From Eledone cirrhosa (taxonomy: Eukaryota), in NCBI GenBank assembly GCA_964016885.1, contig OZ024746.1, forward strand, positions 96,596,001-96,660,000: a stretch of 64,000 nt of DNA, in the 5' to 3' direction. How positions within the stretch are numbered: the first letter of the stretch is position 1; every line of letters starts with the position of its first letter. Of the stretch, positions 60,908 to 64,000 are shown piece by piece. Under the pieces are notes generated by a model. That model was not told the DNA's origin. It saw nothing but the letters and a program-made list of their open reading frames with translations, and did no database searches. The translations under genes were made by a program, and so were the position numbers.

Positions 60908-61516
60908 TGGTGGCTGCCAACTCGTTTTCGAGTACGGCCACTACTTTATATCCATGTAGGAGAACCCCTACCGATGCGCTGAACGAGTGTGACTTTTTAG
61001 TCCAGCCAGCGACTTGAAAACTCTGGTACAAACACTGCACCTGTGACAATTATTGACACATAGTGCTGGGCCCATGGTACCATGTGAGGACAAGTGCAGA
61101 GAGATCTCCAGATATAAAGCAATGCCTGTGCCGTGAAGTTTTTATAGTGAACAAAGGCACTGCACAAAGCCAGTCCCACTCTCTTAACCAAGATGATATT
61201 TACCAAAAAGAAGAACAAGTCAACATCATTGGATACCATCAGAGTTGCAGGTGTTATATCAGAGTTTTCCTTCTCCTAGAATTCTGCCTTGACAAAGGCT
61301 AAGGGGTCATCCCTCCCGGTGATTTTGGATGGCCATTGACTCTTAAGACCTCCTTTGCCCTTTGACAGGTTTTGTTTTTATTCCTGCAGGATGTCCAAAG
61401 TCACCCTCCTCACCAAGAAACCTTGGTGGGGTTGCCAGTTTAGTCGCCAACGACCCGACCATGAGTCAGGTTGTACTGGGATACATGTTACCAGTAGCAC
61501 CAACTGGTGACCTGAC
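60908..61516. repeat. Unclassified repeat of about 600 bp, copy 2
   Basis: Reverse complement of 57763-58360 with scattered substitutions; flanked by (TA)n. Confidence 0.9.
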
Positions 61517-63463
<1,947 letters not shown>

Positions 63464-64000
63464 ATATAGACATAGAATATTCGAAAATATTCTGTATGTT
63501 TATAATAAACATTTTGAAGACCTAATCGCTATAGAATAGAATACGTCACGCATTACAATTAGATTCTCGATAAAAGCAAGGGAAGTAATCTACGCGTTTC
63601 ATTCTTGTTAGAAATCATCAGGACTACATATCCAGTGCTTTTATCGAGAATGACACAGCTAGAGACTTATAGAATACTTAGCTGTGTACAGGAACTGGTT
63701 TGAAAGAGCGGTTGCCGGTCCGGCAGAAATTAGAAATTGGAATAAATGCTCTGAAATAGCGATATATATGTGAATATAGACATAGAATATTCGAAAATAT
63801 TCTGTATGTTTATAATAAACATTTTGAAGACCTAATCGCTATAGAATAGAATACGTCACGCATTACAATTAGATTCTCGATAAAAGCAAGGGAAGTAATC
63901 TACGCGTTTCATTCTTGTTAGAAATCATCAGGACTACATATCCAGTGCTTTTATCGAGAATGACACAGCTAGAGACTTATAGAATACTTAGCTGTGTACA
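63464..64000 (-). mobile_element. Retrozyme-like tandem array, family A, second locus (runs off the window)
   Basis: Same 310-bp unit; HHR cores at 63585-63627 and 63895-63937; array-specific variants. Confidence 0.9.

Noticed and set aside
60908-60995. Possible HDV-like ribozyme (GGUGGCU/GGCCACU with G-U first pair)
   Set aside because: No convincing P3/L3, no GG for P1.1 after P1, and the putative P2 partner is mismatched in the other copy; a simple hairpin explains it.

Overview
Eukaryotic, very AT-rich, repeat-saturated DNA with no recognisable host gene. The kilobase (TA)n/(TACA)n tracts, RTE LINEs with (ATG)n tails and tRNA-derived SINEs resemble a coleoid cephalopod (octopus-like) genome; this is inference. 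Almost all long ORFs in the track are translations of microsatellites. Real coding remnants are transposon-derived: RTE LINEs (one near full length), a CR1-type LINE, an R4/Dong-type RLE element, three CRE-type RLE fragments, a Penelope-like (PLE) 3' end and a decayed hAT transposase. Several MITEs, a Helitron, SINEs and minisatellites are also present. The main find is a set of type I hammerhead ribozymes (HHR). A non-coding 310-bp monomer with one HHR per unit forms an 11-HHR array with an internal inversion (35968-39285) and a second array (63464-end). A diverged 315-bp relative (23229-23990) has a compensatory U3-A8 catalytic core and the same inverted geometry. Two further HHR-like folds lie at 19.3 kb (PLE 3' end) and 26.4 kb. 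Together these look like a retrozyme (circular-RNA, non-autonomous retroelement) system that inserts in (TA)n microsatellites, possibly using PLE reverse transcriptase. All folds were paired by eye and activity is untested.
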